Source: Bryobacterales bacterium (GTDB lineage: Bacteria; Acidobacteriota; Terriglobia; Bryobacterales; UBA6623). From it: 64,000 nucleotides of DNA. Every line of letters starts with the position of its first letter. Position 1 is the first letter of the stretch. Of the stretch, positions 63,631 to 64,000 are shown one piece after another. The translations under genes and the position numbers were made by a program. The DNA lies in the NCBI GenBank assembly GCA_965203925.1, contig OZ241924.1, positions 6,741,206 through 6,805,205 on the forward strand. Direction: 5' to 3'. The notes under the pieces are model-generated. The model ran no database searches, was not told the DNA's origin, and worked only from the letters and a program-made list of their open reading frames with translations.

Positions 63631-63951
63631 TCACGGGCCCCAGGGCCCCCCTCCGGGGCGGTCCCAGCCGGCGGGCAGGTCCCAGCGCTCGCCGGCGTCG
63701 AGGTCCGGGTCGGAAGAGGCGCCGGCGGCCATGGCCAGCTCCCAGCGCAGCTCGCCCTCCAGGCCGCCGGGCAGCAGCCCGGGCAGCCAGCCGTCGGCCC
63801 TGCTCCGGACGTCCAGGCGGGCCGCGGCGGCCCTGAGCCGCGTCCGGTGCACGCCGAACTCCCAGGCCCCCCCGCGCTCGACGATGGCGCTGCCGTCCGG
63901 GAACTGCCAGCGCGTGCCGCCGACCTGCAGCCGCAGGGCCTTGGCGGGCAC
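63631..63951 (-). CDS. hypothetical protein, 'F-x-DGSAIV' family, copy 2
   Basis: See 62508-62924. The start is uncertain, and this is the last ORF-track entry before the window end at 64000. Confidence 0.45.
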   Translation of the reverse strand: MPAKALRLQVGGTRWQFPDGSAIVERGGAWEFGVHRTRLRAAAARLDVRSRADGWLPGLLPGGLEGELRWELAMAAGASSDPDLDAGERWDLPAGWDRPGGGPWGP

Positions 63952-64000
63952 GCGGCACCCGCGGTCGTCGGGGCCCAGCCGCCAGCCCAGGTTCTCGCAG

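Larger units (their letters stand above)
56678..64000. mobile_element. one end of an integrative element (integrase + resolvase + plasmid/ICE-like cargo); the other end is beyond the window
   Basis: The tyrosine integrase stop lies 14 bp from the trkH stop. It is followed by a serine recombinase, a KfrA-like gene, an SSB gene, DUF1640-like genes and small paralogous ORFs. This segment is visibly even more GC-rich than the flanking chromosome. Confidence 0.6.

Noticed and set aside
1-64000. Scan for CRISPR arrays, rRNA, tRNA, tmRNA, RNase P RNA and SRP RNA
   Set aside because: I saw no regularly spaced repeats and no T-loop-type GGTTCGAATCC/GGTTCAAATCC strings. I also found no conserved RNase P (GAGGAAAGTCC) or SRP (GGAAGCAGCC) cores by eye. 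This visual scan is not exhaustive, so tRNAscan-SE and Infernal should be run.

Overview
High-GC bacterial chromosomal window from a diderm lineage (TolC, PpiD/SurA-like PPIase and several Tat-signal periplasmic oxidoreductases are present). Positions ~1.2-44.4 kb and 52.4-56.7 kb hold ordinary housekeeping or metabolic genes: nuoA, pfk, thrB, two Na+/solute symporters, hisJ-like, uppP, ftsK, glmM, truA, ispA-xseB, an amidase and trkAH. Three accessory segments stand out. (1) At 45.1-51.5 kb there is a tightly coupled three-gene operon: a conserved protein of unknown function, a PLD/HKD nuclease-like protein, and a ~1110-aa SNF2-like SF2 helicase. It sits between xseB and an amidase gene, in visibly more AT-rich DNA, next to a frameshifted AAA-ATPase pseudogene. 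This is my best candidate for a novel or poorly characterised anti-phage/anti-MGE system. (2) From 56.7 kb to the window end there is one end of an integrative element. It has overlapping serine and tyrosine recombinase genes, a res-like cluster of TCGGCAA repeats with a 28-bp palindrome, KfrA-like, SSB and DUF1640-like genes, several small paralogous gene pairs and small membrane proteins. (3) At the left edge there is a partial HNH nuclease gene plus gene debris next to an orphan nuoA. I found no rRNA, tRNA or CRISPR array by eye. Many long ORFs in the track are antisense or out-of-frame high-GC artefacts. All family assignments rest on motifs read from the translations; no database search was possible.
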